DNA of 64,000 nt, taken from the NCBI GenBank assembly GCA_051362555.1, contig CM120648.1:17790587-17854586 (forward strand), read 5' to 3'. The first letter of the stretch is position 1. Every line of letters begins with the position of its first letter. Below the pieces are notes generated by a model that did no database searches, was not told the origin of the DNA, and was given only the letters and a program-made list of their open reading frames with translations. This DNA is from Lingula anatina (Eukaryota > Animalia > Brachiopoda). Below are positions 62,501 through 64,000 of this stretch, piece by piece. The position numbers and the translations under genes are program-made.

Positions 62501-63320
62501 CGTTTCACTGCTATTTTTGTTCCATCATTGTTTACATTACTATCACTAAAACGTCAGTAAATATAGCAGCCATTGTCTAATACCTTTTTCCTTGAATTCT
62601 TTCTCTCTTTTTCTTCTCTCTCTCACACACACACACTAACACACACATACATTCTCTTGCTCTCTTCTTAGTTGTAGTAAAATCCAAGCTCCATTTTTCT
62701 GCTTTAAAATTCTGATAGCTTCTTGACAACCATTTGTCCTCCATCTCAACAGAATCTCAACAAAATCTCACCATTTCGTACGTCTGCATGGCCAGCTGTA
62801 CTTTGTCATCTCCGTATTCTCGGCTCTTCCCAAATAATTTCTTGATATTGTCCATCTGTTTTGTTCGTTTGTCTGATGAATAGTGTTTGACATTTTTCAA
62901 ATATTCTTCTGACATTTTGTCAATGTCTTTTAATACATCTAAAATAAAGAATTAACCACATAATGTTATTACTGTATGGTACACATATTATGAAATTTGT
63001 CACTGAAAATGATTTTAATTTCATTTATAATTCAAATAACTGTGAGAGCTTTAACTCTCATCTTCATACAGAGTAAATGAAAAAAAAAAAAAATTAAAAT
63101 CCCTATATTTCAAGTTGTGCTGCAAGTTGTAAATAAAATTGAAGTCTAAAATCCAGGGCCAAGATTCAGTCTTGAATTCTCCTGTATAATACTTCACAAG
63201 TGTTTTGTAGGTAAATGTATTTTGCATGTGTTCTTCACGTTAATATACCTTGTGATCGTTGATCCAAATCCCGCATTAAGTTGAAATTTCTCTGGAGTTC
63301 CATTGGCAGACATTCCAGAC
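59544..63320 (-). CDS. ING4/5: Inhibitor of growth protein ING4/5 (PHD finger), 5'-partial
   Basis: Exons 63249-63320, 62772-62938, 62079-62208, 60871-60976, 60338-60494, 59544-59645. Motifs: [93 protein letters not shown]. The first exon was not found in the window. Confidence 0.95.
61676..62125. repeat. 65-bp minisatellite spanning an ING exon/intron donor junction
   Basis: Six copies of exon end + GTAAGT; two units carry an extra 30-bp subrepeat. Confidence 0.93.
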
Positions 63321-64000
63321 CTGCAAAAGAAAATCACAATAATCTTATATAATATCATGACAATTTCAACAGCCTTATAAATAGCATCACAATCACTGAA
63401 CATCCTTCAATAATAGTTAAAGATTTAAAAATATGTCCATCCCAATGCTATCCTTAATGACATTCAAAATACTAAATATCTTTACCGTTATTCAATTGAT
63501 CATTACCCACTACAGAAGGTATCTGTACTCTAATGATTTTAACACACTATAATACAATATCATCTGGTCCTATTCTTCTGAGCTAAATTAATTTCTCATC
63601 CAGCATTTGTTCATTTAAACCACACCTGCTTTGTGATTTAACCAAATTTTATTCTTAGCAAAAATAAATAAATAATAAGAGAAACGAAAAAGTTCAAAAG
63701 GACTAGAGTTTACTCTTTGCCTGCATGGATTTCAATATGGATCTTTAAGTAAATTTTAAAATATTAAAATGTCATGGGGTTTCAAGAAAAAATAGAAGAG
63801 GCCTATAAATTATTTTCATCCTTTTTCAAATATCTTTTCAATGATTAAGCAATAATAATAAACTCCAAAAATTAAAAAGAAATTAAGTAAAAAAAAAAAA
63901 AAAAAAAAATTGTGTAATTAAATCTGTCGATATGATGTCTGCAGAAAGCATGTTTCACGTATAAGAAGCTTATCATCCAATCTCCACCCCCACCCCCTCT

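Overview
AT-rich, intron-containing animal genomic DNA; an invertebrate, plausibly a mollusc (inferred from gene content and repeat types). Genes reconstructed by hand from GT-AG junctions with consistent phase: a complete 12-exon brambleberry (Kar5/GEX1/Bmb nuclear-fusion family) gene, an intronless class A GPCR, a 4-exon secreted PAN/apple + C-type lectin gene, a 5'-partial ING4/5 gene and two tRNA-Asn(GTT) genes. A tandem segmental duplication (about 6.4-19.4 kb and 19.7-35.8 kb) carries a dead 5' fragment of brambleberry and a head-to-head pair of unrecognised genes; each copy supplies the empty site for insertions in the other. The most unusual items are: (1) a 1.9-kb nearly all-palindromic element with AGT...ACT ends and a 6-bp TSD (Polinton/Maverick-like, apparently a copy-back derivative); (2) the duplicated orphan gene pair; (3) a decayed ISL2EU transposon (THAP-DDE + YqaJ); (4) a minimal hammerhead-ribozyme-like motif; (5) recurrent tandem duplication of splice junctions in three genes; (6) a decay series of tRNA-Asn copies. 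All calls are by eye; no database searches were run.
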